Source of the DNA: an uncultured bacterium
GTDB taxonomy: Bacteria > Patescibacteriota > Minisyncoccia > Phycocordibacterales > PALSA-1337
DNA length: 64,000 nucleotides
Reading direction: 5' to 3'
Assembly: GCA_903872035.1 (NCBI GenBank)
Contig: CAIQIZ010000029.1
Span: 479 to 64,478 of the forward strand
A program made the translations under genes and the position numbers. The notes beneath the pieces are model-generated. The model made no database searches and was not told the DNA's origin. It saw only the letters and a program-made list of their open reading frames with translations. This document shows, one piece after another, positions 39,466-49,122 of the stretch (its first letter is position 1; each line of letters begins with the position of its first letter).

Positions 39466-40854
39466 ATGAAAAGAATCGTCATCGGTGCATTGATCATGGC
39501 GTGCTTGTTCACACCAGGCTTCATAGCAATACCCCAGACCATAAACATATCGAGCTATCCGAGTCTCGGAAACCCCGGCTCGATCATCGGAAGTGTGAGT
39601 GGCGTGGTCCCGACAAAATACAAGATGGCTATCGTCATCGATGTATTCGGAACATATTGGAGCAAGCCAACTGAAGCATCTCCATCCGTCGCGATCGACA
39701 GCGGTGGATATTTCAACGCTATGATACGTAGCACTGACGGGAATGATATCTACGCGGAGAAGATACACCTCTTCATGGTACCGACCAACTCGGTGATCCC
39801 AGTGGTTTTAGGCGGAGGAACCATACCGACCACCCTTTTTGACCTAGCGGCGGCTACAGCAGTAGTCGATCGGGCTCCGGCTGCCAATCATTTAGTCTGG
39901 TCAGGACGACACTGGACTATCAAAGATACCTACGACACTGTCTGGGGTCCCGGACCGAACTACTTCTCGGCGTCGTCAGTCCATGTCGATGCAGAGGACA
40001 AGTTGCATCTCACTGTTCGCTATGTGAGCAATCACTGGCGTTGTGCAGAGATCATCTTGGATGACTCACTAGGATATGGGTCATACAGGTTCTACGTGGA
40101 TTCGAACCTCACGAACCTGCCCGATCCAATTGTATTCGGAGCCTTCACTTACGATAATGACATTGACTATCATTATCGCGAGATTGACTGCATTGAATTC
40201 AACAACGGCCTGGTTGTTGGCAGAAATGCTCCGCTGCAGTACGTCATTCAACCATATACGATTACCGATCAAAGACACGTTTTCGTTTCACCCTCGGGAC
40301 TTGGAAGTGCCACGCACTCGTTCCTATGGCTACCAGAATTTGTGTCCTGGAACAGTTATAGCGGCAAACAATCATTCGTTGATGAGTACACGGTCGGACA
40401 CACGATCCAACAGAACCCACGTCCTATAATGGACTCAATGTTCTTTGCAACGAGTTGGGAGGACGTAAGCAGTGTCATGATGCGCGCGCTGTATCCAACC
40501 AATATCGTTGTCACAGAAAATCCGCGAATATTATGGTCAAATCCGAGTCGGCTATTTAGAACAAAGATGACTTCGTTCTATGAGAGTGGAGCAAACGCTT
40601 CTTTTGAACACTGGAGCACCAGTTCAGGTGTTCCACCGAAAGGCAATGAGAAGGTTCACATCAATCTCTGGCTATTCGATGGTATCTCGCCAGGGGAAAC
40701 AAATCAGAGTTTCGAAGTCGTCCTGAGCGGATTCGAGTTTCGACCACCAACGTTCGCCAGCCGATCATTGCAACCGAGACTAGAAATACTCAAGGTAGAA
40801 GATCCGCTGGGCCGCGCTCCAGTGACCTTACGCCTCACATGTCCAGGTAACTGA
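39466..40854 (+). CDS. Secreted glycoside hydrolase family 16-like protein
   Basis: WGPGPNYF, LGYGSYRF, catalytic-like REIDCIEF, HINLWL. Confidence 0.75.
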   Translation: MKRIVIGALIMACLFTPGFIAIPQTINISSYPSLGNPGSIIGSVSGVVPTKYKMAIVIDVFGTYWSKPTEASPSVAIDSGGYFNAMIRSTDGNDIYAEKIHLFMVPTNSVIPVVLGGGTIPTTLFDLAAATAVVDRAPAANHLVWSGRHWTIKDTYDTVWGPGPNYFSASSVHVDAEDKLHLTVRYVSNHWRCAEIILDDSLGYGSYRFYVDSNLTNLPDPIVFGAFTYDNDIDYHYREIDCIEFNNGLVVGRNAPLQYVIQPYTITDQRHVFVSPSGLGSATHSFLWLPEFVSWNSYSGKQSFVDEYTVGHTIQQNPRPIMDSMFFATSWEDVSSVMMRALYPTNIVVTENPRILWSNPSRLFRTKMTSFYESGANASFEHWSTSSGVPPKGNEKVHINLWLFDGISPGETNQSFEVVLSGFEFRPPTFASRSLQPRLEILKVEDPLGRAPVTLRLTCPGN

Positions 40855-40938
40855 GTCGGCCACTATACCATCCTCGATACCCGCACTACGTCGAACCGTA
40901 GGCGGGTTTTTATCGTATAAAGGTGTATAATCCAAACA

Positions 40939-41271
40939 ATGAAGCATCCAAACCGAACAATTGGCCTGTTCCAAGCAAGCGGCATAATACTATATGTATG
41001 TCTATTCGCGACGGTCATACAAGCATTATCTGGATGGTCATCAGCGCAAAGTATCCAATTACAGCCGATACTAGCAATAAGCATATTCTTGCTGACATTC
41101 ATCGTATCCGCACTGATCTGCGGATCCATCTTTCTAGCCTATCCTATAAAACTATTCTTCAATGACCAAAAAGACCGCGCCTACAGAATCATTCTCTGGA
41201 GCATAGCTTGGCTATTAACATTTTTCATATTGTTCTTAGCGATGGTGCTAATTCTCATAAACAGTTTCTAG
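40939..41271 (+). CDS. Three-TM membrane protein
   Basis: Hydrophobic 110 aa; TATAAT 7 nt before ATG. Confidence 0.8.
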   Translation: MKHPNRTIGLFQASGIILYVCLFATVIQALSGWSSAQSIQLQPILAISIFLLTFIVSALICGSIFLAYPIKLFFNDQKDRAYRIILWSIAWLLTFFILFLAMVLILINSF

Positions 41272-41355
41272 ATGTAGTCCAATTGTTATATTAAAAACAA
41301 AAAATCTTATCCTGGATGATGTCTCCAAGATAAGATATAAGCTCATATACACTGT

Positions 41356-42519
41356 TTATTTCACATTCAGGCGCTCGACATTGGGCGGCTTTACGCCACG
41401 CAAGATCGTCTCCATGTATCTGTAGTCGACGACTTGGGTGTTGATGAGCTTGTTCTCCTCTTCGGTACAGAAGATGAACTCGCCCAAGACTTCCAGCCCG
41501 CCGACGGTCCCAGACATGCCCGGCGAGCGCGAATAGAATCGATTGCGCGGGATGAGATACATGACCAAACTGGAACCTTCCCAGATGGCGGTGATATTGG
41601 CCGAAGCGGTATCGCCGGACATGGTATTCCACTTCCGAAGGCGCTCGACGACGTCACCGATCATCTTGCTGCGCTCGCCGCGGAAACGAAAAGAGGTCAG
41701 AGGGTAATCACGCGCATCGATCATCAAGGTCGAGATGTTCTCATCAGCCAACATAGCAGCCGACTTGGCTCTGGCTTCGACGGCTCCAGCGATCTGTTGG
41801 AGCGGGAACAATCCATGACCACTGGGGATCTTGAAGAACTGGTAATGGAAATGCTCTTCGATGCTGGCCCCAGCTCCGACGCCGTTGTAGAACCCGACGA
41901 AACCGGGCAAATGCAAGGCGATGTCGTAGAGATCCTGTACCAACCTCGTCACCTTGTCTCCCTTCCAGGCAGTCATCTCCTGCCACGATTGGGGCTCATG
42001 TTCGACTGCGGCGATCGTCATATGCGTCGGCATGAATGGGAATGGGTTGCAGAGGATGTTATAGGTATTCTCTCCGACCTTGAATTGGTAATAGAGCTGT
42101 ATCCCCCGAGATTGCCAACGCACGTTGTCAGCACAGAGGAAACATTTCGTTAAGGGTGTCGTCTTTGTAGCGACGCCAGGCGGCGGAACAGAACGACCGG
42201 CACCTTTTCCACGGTCGGCCCGACGAGGATTGTATTGTCCAATGAAGAACACATCTCCAGGCCCATAACATTGGAAATAACGGACCTGCTTCAAGTCGTC
42301 ACAGATGTACCCGATATCCATCTGCTGTTCCTGCAACAGCTTCAGGGCTTCGGGAAGCGTGTGCTTGTCGAGATCGACCTGGAGTTGGAGCCGCTTGCGC
42401 TCGTAGGAAAGATCATTTTGCTTTCCCATCGCCGTTCGTTTCGCTGGATCAAGATAGTCGGGCAATACAGGCTCGACTGCTTTTGTTAAAGGGCTGTCTA
42501 TCATAATGTATGCTTTCAT
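41356..42519 (-). CDS. DUF4922 / HIT-like nucleotidyl phosphorylase
   Basis: QYNPRR, CFLC, CNPFP..HMTI, FYNG..AGAS..HFHYQ (HxHxQ). Confidence 0.85.
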   Translation of the reverse strand: MKAYIMIDSPLTKAVEPVLPDYLDPAKRTAMGKQNDLSYERKRLQLQVDLDKHTLPEALKLLQEQQMDIGYICDDLKQVRYFQCYGPGDVFFIGQYNPRRADRGKGAGRSVPPPGVATKTTPLTKCFLCADNVRWQSRGIQLYYQFKVGENTYNILCNPFPFMPTHMTIAAVEHEPQSWQEMTAWKGDKVTRLVQDLYDIALHLPGFVGFYNGVGAGASIEEHFHYQFFKIPSGHGLFPLQQIAGAVEARAKSAAMLADENISTLMIDARDYPLTSFRFRGERSKMIGDVVERLRKWNTMSGDTASANITAIWEGSSLVMYLIPRNRFYSRSPGMSGTVGGLEVLGEFIFCTEEENKLINTQVVDYRYMETILRGVKPPNVERLNVK

Positions 42520-42703
42520 TTTCCAGGACCGTTATGGTGCCTAGATTCTGCCGCAAATACTACTCGCTTCTATCCGGAGCGCAATAGGTCTTTGATAACC
42601 AATCGGTAAATGCCCTAGCTTAGGTATTTGACATACATACTTTATAGTGCTATCATATGAACAGTTCCTAAACATAAAATCGAACAAACAGAAAGAGGTC
42701 GTT

Positions 42704-43096
42704 ATGCCGCAAATCAAAGTTCTCATGACCGGAATAGCTCACAACATGATCACCCCCGGGGTCTTCCCGGAAATGGATCGTGCTCTGACTGAAGCAGTAG
42801 AGACTGCATTCAACATCAAAGGTAGACACGACGTCGCCTTCGATGTCTTGTACCTCCCCTACACGCGCGGTGAGTCCCCCGTACAGATCGGGGTGATCTA
42901 TACCGCCGGAACCGATGAGTACCGCACCGGCAGAATCTTTGACCCCACCAAAGAAGAACGTGAGGCCGCCGCCATAAAAGTTCAGGAGAGCTTCGCGGCT
43001 TTCCTCATAGCAAACGGCATCGGCCCAATCACCCCGTCAGTCTGGATCATACCCTTGTACAATAGCCATTTTCTGTCAGGTCAGGTGGAAAACTGA
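42704..43096 (+). CDS. Hypothetical protein
   Basis: TTGACA-17-TATCAT promoter, AGAGG RBS, ATG at 42704, downstream hairpin. Confidence 0.75.
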   Translation: MPQIKVLMTGIAHNMITPGVFPEMDRALTEAVETAFNIKGRHDVAFDVLYLPYTRGESPVQIGVIYTAGTDEYRTGRIFDPTKEEREAAAIKVQESFAAFLIANGIGPITPSVWIIPLYNSHFLSGQVEN

Positions 43097-43120
43097 CCCT
43101 CGACCACAAATGGTCAAAAC

Positions 43121-43176
43121 CCCGCCCCCGAATCATGAGCAACCCGCTCGGTTCGTCGGCGGGTTTCTCTTTTTTT
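43121..43176 (+). terminator. Long bulged hairpin terminator
   Basis: CCCGCC..GAA..GAGC-N5-GCTC..TTC..GGCGGG plus T tract. Confidence 0.75.
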
Positions 43177-43285
43177 GATACGATCCGAATCCGTATAGAA
43201 CTTTGAGCAAACCTTGACGCCACTGCTATTTTGTGCCATTCTAAATCTCGGTAGCTTTAACGACAAACATAAAAAAGGAGTTAAT

Positions 43286-44272
43286 TTGAAAACTAAAAAA
43301 CGTAAGAAACTGACCTCGCAGGATTATTGGTTCATCTTTGCGCTCGCGGTAGTCTTCCTCGGCACCTTGGCGCTCATGACTCTACCAGATCCAAGTAAAA
43401 ACACTGTGTCGTCGACCGAGACAAATGCGATCAATATCCAAGTCGTCTGGACGACTAATTCCCTTCAAAGCGCCTATGCACCCGATACGACTACGAATGA
43501 TATCGTCGGGGATACGTTGGACAGAATGGACCAGCTCTACGCATTCGTGGCCAATGAATTGCAGAGCGATGCCAATCTAATCCGACTATTCTCAAAGGAA
43601 CGAGCTATCGCAATCACTCGAGATCAGTTCGAAGCCGACTTGGGAAAGCTAAGGGGTTTGGAGCTGACATTTGTCGGTCAACTACATGAATCAGTCAACT
43701 CGGCTGGCTACCCGATAAAGGAAGTCCAATCTCACATCGCCGAGCTGGTCCGCGAACTCTGCGACGTTATGTGGACGGAAGAATTCACTGGCGGATCTCA
43801 GATAACCGCAGAGAAGGGGTGTTCGCAGTTCATCGAGGAGTCCAGCGAGTCAGATATCCCAGCATTCCGTAACTTCAACGACCCGGAGTCGACAAAGGCG
43901 TACATGATGAGAAGCTCTCCCCTTCACGCTAGCTTTCAATTGCTATTCGACCCACGATCACGGATCGAGGTGCGCGGAGCAGACTACCTGCCAGTGAAAG
44001 CATTGCAACAACACTTCATGGAATACGAGCTTCCAGCGAACATCCGAGGTCCGCTGCCAAAGATCCTGACACCAGCTCAAAAAACTCTCATAATGAGAAC
44101 TCTGAGCGATGTGAGGAATCTATACGCGTTACGATACATCGCGCTCAATGCCGACCGTAGTAAAAGGAACACCCTCGTCTTGGGGACATATCACGCAAAC
44201 CATATCGCGTACATCATGTCTAAATACGGAGTAAAGTGCAGCTTTATCCTTCCAGAGGTTAGCAAGCACTGA
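43286..44272 (+). CDS. Membrane-anchored hypothetical protein
   Basis: AGGAG RBS before TTG 43286; N-terminal TM; VGQLHE and LGTYH motifs. Confidence 0.75.
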   Translation: MKTKKRKKLTSQDYWFIFALAVVFLGTLALMTLPDPSKNTVSSTETNAINIQVVWTTNSLQSAYAPDTTTNDIVGDTLDRMDQLYAFVANELQSDANLIRLFSKERAIAITRDQFEADLGKLRGLELTFVGQLHESVNSAGYPIKEVQSHIAELVRELCDVMWTEEFTGGSQITAEKGCSQFIEESSESDIPAFRNFNDPESTKAYMMRSSPLHASFQLLFDPRSRIEVRGADYLPVKALQQHFMEYELPANIRGPLPKILTPAQKTLIMRTLSDVRNLYALRYIALNADRSKRNTLVLGTYHANHIAYIMSKYGVKCSFILPEVSKH

Positions 44273-44295
44273 CGCGTACCGAGAGATTGCAAGCG

Positions 44296-44349
44296 CCCGC
44301 CGCCGAACTTCGAGCCCACAGCTCAGGTTCTCTGGCGGGTTTTCATTTT
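44296..44349 (+). terminator. Long bulged hairpin terminator homologous to 43121
   Basis: CCCGCC..GAA..GAGC-N5-GCTC..TTC..GGCGGG plus T tract. Confidence 0.75.
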
Positions 44350-44446
44350 AAAATGATCGCCTCAATGAACGATTTGACAATCATTACTTCTTACATTATA
44401 GTTAGATAGTATTCGCACATGTCACAACAAAATGAATAGGTAACAT

Positions 44447-44995
44447 ATGAAGCTACGAAACTTGATGACCGATATCCAGACCCGCCTTGCGATGATGGGG
44501 TATGACCCAGCAGGCATTGCATATATGATAGACGCACTGTGCCGAACACTGAGCAAATTCACAGACCCAGAAGCAGCCACTCGTTCATTGAACACTGGGT
44601 TCAGCCGATTCGTGCGCAACCGATTCGCTGATGAGCAGTTCGTCCGGTTCACGCACCGCATCGATCCGGAGGTCTCTTCCTTTTACAGAGATGGCCACGA
44701 CGAAAGCGTCTATGCGCCACTCGAAGACTTCGAGAGAGAAATGATGCCTGCATCGGAAATAACCGAATTCGAAGAAGAACGGAGGCGATATCTGGTTCAA
44801 GCCGTTCAATTCGCCAAAAGATCTCACAAGAAGCTGGAAAATGAAATGGCCTATGCCCCACTATTTGGCGTCCATTACCTCGAGAGCAAACGTCCGTCAC
44901 CTTTACCGGAAACAGGACCAGTCCGGCATGCAAAGCTGGTCTATACTCCCCAAGGCGGGCAACCAGGTTTCAGAAGGAAAACGCGTGTACGGTAA
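44447..44995 (+). CDS. Hypothetical protein
   Basis: TTGACA-17-TATAGT promoter at 44374. Confidence 0.7.
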   Translation: MKLRNLMTDIQTRLAMMGYDPAGIAYMIDALCRTLSKFTDPEAATRSLNTGFSRFVRNRFADEQFVRFTHRIDPEVSSFYRDGHDESVYAPLEDFEREMMPASEITEFEEERRRYLVQAVQFAKRSHKKLENEMAYAPLFGVHYLESKRPSPLPETGPVRHAKLVYTPQGGQPGFRRKTRVR

Positions 44996-45033
44996 ACCAA
45001 AACGATCTGTGATCAGTCTTTAGGAGTAGAAAT

Positions 45034-45240
45034 ATGAATGATATTACTGAAATGTTCAGCAACGCACGACTGCGGTTTGTCAAAGCCACGGTCGTGAGTA
45101 ACCTGTTCCCCATGTACCCCCATCTTGGTCAAATGGAAATGAACTTCGCAGCCAAGATCAATGGCCGCTTCGAGATCGGCCGTTACACTCTCGTTCCCAT
45201 CGCCGACCTCAATAGGCTCAAGGCTGAGTCCAAGGAGTAG
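45034..45240 (+). CDS. Small hypothetical protein
   Basis: AGGAG RBS; terminator hairpin near 45267-45299. Confidence 0.65.
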   Translation: MNDITEMFSNARLRFVKATVVSNLFPMYPHLGQMEMNFAAKINGRFEIGRYTLVPIADLNRLKAESKE

Positions 45241-45393
45241 TCCGCGGACTTCGAGCTTAGTATCTTCCCTGCTTGGCGCATGCCAGACAGGGATTTTTCA
45301 TTAACTAATCTACTATATACATTGAAGCTAGCAATATCCTAACTATTGACATCGAATCAACTCAACGTATATTGCTAAAGCCTGCAATGAGCA

Positions 45394-45993
45394 GTGTCTG
45401 GTATCCGTGCCATTCACGGACCTTTGCCAGAGGTCCTGGCGGGAGGTAGCTTGTACATCGTAATCAAAAGCAAACAGATCGGCCGCGTGGCCTTTATTGT
45501 GCGTCGGAATGCGGAGAGGCGGCTCAACAAAAGATGTTTTCGCCGCTCGAAACGCATGGCGGGAAACTTCATCTATTGGAACGGCGTGAGTGAGGTCATC
45601 AGACAGCACCATGTCATGAATTCCCTGCTGGTGAGCGTCAGGGACGCACTGGCGGAGAACTGCCCCGAAAACAGCACATGCACCAAGGTGCCGTGGGTCG
45701 TCGGCTGGTCCAGCACTGACGCACGCCACAAGTACCATCCGGAAGATCTCGAGACCTTTACGCCGAATGGCAAATGGTGGGCGCTCCGAGTGAAACGGAA
45801 TTGCCGGAAGTTTCGGGCACCAGCGACAAACCAAGTCACCCTGGTCTATGAGATCAAACGCGAACCAAGGCAGACCGCAGTTATCGTCCATTCGATGTAT
45901 CCCGGACCTGATGTAGGTGAATTGGTAGGCGACGTCACAAGACGCGAGGATCGTGTCTTCTTTGATTGGAACCATCCCGGCCAGGCCGTCTGA
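45394..45993 (+). CDS. Hypothetical protein
   Basis: TTGACA promoter at 45346, terminator near 46056-46092; start uncertain. Confidence 0.65.
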   Translation: MSGIRAIHGPLPEVLAGGSLYIVIKSKQIGRVAFIVRRNAERRLNKRCFRRSKRMAGNFIYWNGVSEVIRQHHVMNSLLVSVRDALAENCPENSTCTKVPWVVGWSSTDARHKYHPEDLETFTPNGKWWALRVKRNCRKFRAPATNQVTLVYEIKREPRQTAVIVHSMYPGPDVGELVGDVTRREDRVFFDWNHPGQAV

Positions 45994-46167
45994 TTGGAGC
46001 GAAGTAATAGCGATCTAACTTAGTACATTCTTAAAGATTTGCATATTAGTTTTCAGCCCACCAGTAGACACACGCTGGCGGGTTTTTTATTTCGCCGAGC
46101 AAGACATCTCGTGATCTTTACAGATTTTAAGCATGTTTAACCCTAACTGGGTGTATACTAGACTTAC

Positions 46168-46644
46168 ATGAATCGCTTCTTGATCGTTTTGATCACCATT
46201 ATGCTCTTGGTAGGAGGGATTTTTTATTGGCAGTCGAAACAATCGAGCACGCCACCTGACATGAAACACCAGGTGCTTTCGGAAGACCTGTACCCTCTTT
46301 ACAACGGCACATCTTGGAACGCTTCTGGAGACGAAAGTTTTGCTATCGGAAACACGACATTCTCTGGTGCGAGCATAAAGTCAGCAACTATTGCAGACAC
46401 GATGGACCCAGGAAGCATCTTCACTCCATTCGAAAGCTATTATGACCAGAAACTCAAAGCACTAGGTTGGCAGACAACAAATGATCTTGCCGCAGGCGGT
46501 CATGTCGGCGGACAAACCGGCTATCGCAAAAATGCCTCGATCATTCTTACGCGTTTCCAAATTGTCTATCACTCTGTCCCAGATAACGCGCCGTCCGAAT
46601 GTCCCTGCGATGTCACGCTTTCGCTCTTTTCTTCAGAAAATTAG
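46168..46644 (+). CDS. Membrane-anchored hypothetical protein
   Basis: TATACT 8 nt before ATG; N-terminal TM. Confidence 0.8.
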   Translation: MNRFLIVLITIMLLVGGIFYWQSKQSSTPPDMKHQVLSEDLYPLYNGTSWNASGDESFAIGNTTFSGASIKSATIADTMDPGSIFTPFESYYDQKLKALGWQTTNDLAAGGHVGGQTGYRKNASIILTRFQIVYHSVPDNAPSECPCDVTLSLFSSEN

Positions 46645-46719
46645 TAAATACTACGAATTATTGCTACATTGCTGAGAGATTTCAAGACACTAGTTCGTTA
46701 ACAAAAGGAAATTGTATCA

Positions 46720-48099
46720 ATGAATACTGAAATAATTCAGGGTGGAATGGGGGTATATATCTCGACTCCATCCCTGGCAAATATCGTCTCTCGCAACGGT
46801 GCTCTAGGCACAGTGTCTGGAGTAGCTGCAGAACGGATACTAGCCCTCATCTTAGGAAAAGGCGACCCTGGTGGGCATTTTCGAAGAGCCTTGTCACATT
46901 TCCCTTCTCAAAAAATGGCAGAACAGGTCATCGACACCTACTTTATCGAGGAAGGCAATCCGAAAGGTCTGGCGGCCAAACGTGCGCCAATGTTCACGAT
47001 AAACCCATCGGAAATACTCATTGCCCTTAGCGTCACAGCCAATTTTGCATTCGTCTACCTGGCAAAGGAGGGACACGATAAACTCGTCTCCGTGAACTAT
47101 CTGGAGAAGATTGCCATGCCGCACATTTATGCCATCTACGGCGCAATGCTGGCTGGTGTGGACTTCATCACTATGGGAGCGGGCATACCACTTCTGATCC
47201 CTGACGTTATCAACAACTATGCCGAAGGAAAGCCTGCTAGCTATCGCGTACCTGTCGTCGGCCAGAATATCACGAGCCATGCTATGGTTTTTGACCCGAG
47301 TTCATATTTCGGGGAAAAAATGCCTGGCCTCAAAAAACCTGGATTCATCCCGATCATTGCTTCAAATCTCTTGGCATCTATCTTTATGAAGAAATTCAAG
47401 GATAGACCTGGAGACATCTACGGATTTGTAGTCGAGGAATGGACGGCGGGCGGACACAACGCTCCACCCAGAAAAGGTGGCGTATACGGACCAAAGGATG
47501 AGGTCGACTATGGAAAGATCCACGATCTCGGTCTACCGTTCTGGATCGGTGGCTCCAAAGCATCACCAGAGAAATTGCATTGGGCAAAGTCAGTCGGTGC
47601 AACTGGGATTCAGGCGGGTTCAATATTCGCTCTTTGTAGAGAATCGGGTATGGATACAACAATCCGCAAGATAAGTCTTAGGCTTGGTTTCAACAAGGAC
47701 CTTATAGTGAGAACATCTTTAATCGCGTCTCCAGCAGGGTTTCCTTTCAAAGTCGCATGCCTGCCCGGATCTTTGTCTGAGGAAAGTGCTTACCTGTCCA
47801 GGAAAAGAGTCTGCGACCAAGGCGGTTTGAGGACATTATTCGAAAGGCCGGACGGATCGATAGGCTATCGCTGTGCGGCGGAACCTGTAGAAGAATATAT
47901 CAGGAAGCTTGGGTTGTTGAAAGAAACCGAGGGAGCACGTTGTATCTGCAACGGACTCATATCCACCGCCGGCTTGGGCGACGTGGGCGAAGCACCCATC
48001 ATCACGCTAGGTGACGATAACAGATTCCTACAGTACCTCCTGACCCACCCTGAAGGCTCATATGGAGCAGTTGATGCGATCAAGTACCTGTCTCGATGA
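46720..48099 (+). CDS. Nitronate monooxygenase / FabK-like FMN oxidoreductase
   Basis: IIQGGMGV, MGAGIP, TAGGHN, GIQAGSIF, SPAGFPFK, Cys-rich C-terminus. Confidence 0.88.
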   Translation: MNTEIIQGGMGVYISTPSLANIVSRNGALGTVSGVAAERILALILGKGDPGGHFRRALSHFPSQKMAEQVIDTYFIEEGNPKGLAAKRAPMFTINPSEILIALSVTANFAFVYLAKEGHDKLVSVNYLEKIAMPHIYAIYGAMLAGVDFITMGAGIPLLIPDVINNYAEGKPASYRVPVVGQNITSHAMVFDPSSYFGEKMPGLKKPGFIPIIASNLLASIFMKKFKDRPGDIYGFVVEEWTAGGHNAPPRKGGVYGPKDEVDYGKIHDLGLPFWIGGSKASPEKLHWAKSVGATGIQAGSIFALCRESGMDTTIRKISLRLGFNKDLIVRTSLIASPAGFPFKVACLPGSLSEESAYLSRKRVCDQGGLRTLFERPDGSIGYRCAAEPVEEYIRKLGLLKETEGARCICNGLISTAGLGDVGEAPIITLGDDNRFLQYLLTHPEGSYGAVDAIKYLSR

Positions 48100-48253
48100 T
48101 CGATTTGACACATCTCGATCATTACAGTCCGCCGGTTTTATATCGGCGGATTTTCTTTCCAATTATTCTGATATGGTTGACAATTTGCTAATTTGTTGTA
48201 TTCTTATACGTGGTAGCAACAGTTGTCTGAAAACTCAACAACGAAAGGACCCT

Positions 48254-48646
48254 ATGCGAACAGAATTATATCGACGGTCAAACGAAACGGACATATCTCA
48301 CCTTCGGAGACTACACGCCTCGATCCTCAGGGATTCCGGATCAATGCAAGACGCGGACACAGAAGCGATCATGTTCCTCATCGACTACATCCCCCGTCTT
48401 TTAGACGAAGTTCAAAGGGCAAGAGACGATCGTCAGGCTAACGCGGAAAAACTTCCGGCGGCGGCGAAAGCTGACAAGAAGGTGGTCGATATCGGATACA
48501 GTAGCCAAGATGGACGTGTCATCTGGCGCCTGCGATATAGCGACAACTCCGTCGGAACATGGAACGATACGACCGTAGAGACCGTTCACACCGAACTATT
48601 CCAAGTATTAAGGGCCAAACTTCGGAGAGAACACGGCCTTGAGTAA
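48254..48646 (+). CDS. Hypothetical protein
   Basis: TTGACA-16-TATTCT promoter, AAAGGA RBS, ATG at 48254. Confidence 0.7.
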   Translation: MRTELYRRSNETDISHLRRLHASILRDSGSMQDADTEAIMFLIDYIPRLLDEVQRARDDRQANAEKLPAAAKADKKVVDIGYSSQDGRVIWRLRYSDNSVGTWNDTTVETVHTELFQVLRAKLRREHGLE

Positions 48647-48659
48647 TAGGAAACAAATC

Positions 48660-49007
48660 ATGAGTACAATTATTGAAATCGCCAAATCGCCCCACGAGGG
48701 GATCGGGGCCCAAGCGGGTACTTTCCGCAAAGCGATAGATATCAACGTCGAACACATTTACACGAAAACGGTCGACAGTGCAGTCCTCTATAAAAGCGGA
48801 TTGCTCATTGCCACAGGTCAGATCGCTGTCAAAGGACAGAACAAAGGAATTGTCTTCGAGCTACGCGACGCTCGGATCATCGAGGATTTTATCGGCATCT
48901 GGTGGCCGTCTGAGGTTGAACTGAGATGGTACAGTATGTTGCAACTTTTCACAGAAGAGATCACCCTAGATGGCAGATCTCTCCGTCCACCTCGGGACAA
49001 ACAGTAA
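48660..49007 (+). CDS. Hypothetical protein
   Basis: Follows the previous ORF; AGGA RBS; terminator near 49029-49058. Confidence 0.65.
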   Translation: MSTIIEIAKSPHEGIGAQAGTFRKAIDINVEHIYTKTVDSAVLYKSGLLIATGQIAVKGQNKGIVFELRDARIIEDFIGIWWPSEVELRWYSMLQLFTEEITLDGRSLRPPRDKQ

Positions 49008-49122
49008 TCCCAACTTCCCTTTCAGCTCGCCGACGCAACTCAACGCGCCGGCTTTTTTATACTCTTTAATTAATCCCAATTATCGGATATAATCGACGAT
49101 GTCATAGAAACCTCTACTCACA

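Noticed and set aside
41434-42153. 239-aa plus-strand ORF
   Set aside because: It is an antisense shadow of the DUF4922-like gene.
45343-45975. 210-aa minus-strand ORF
   Set aside because: It is antisense to 45394-45993, which has the matching promoter and terminator.
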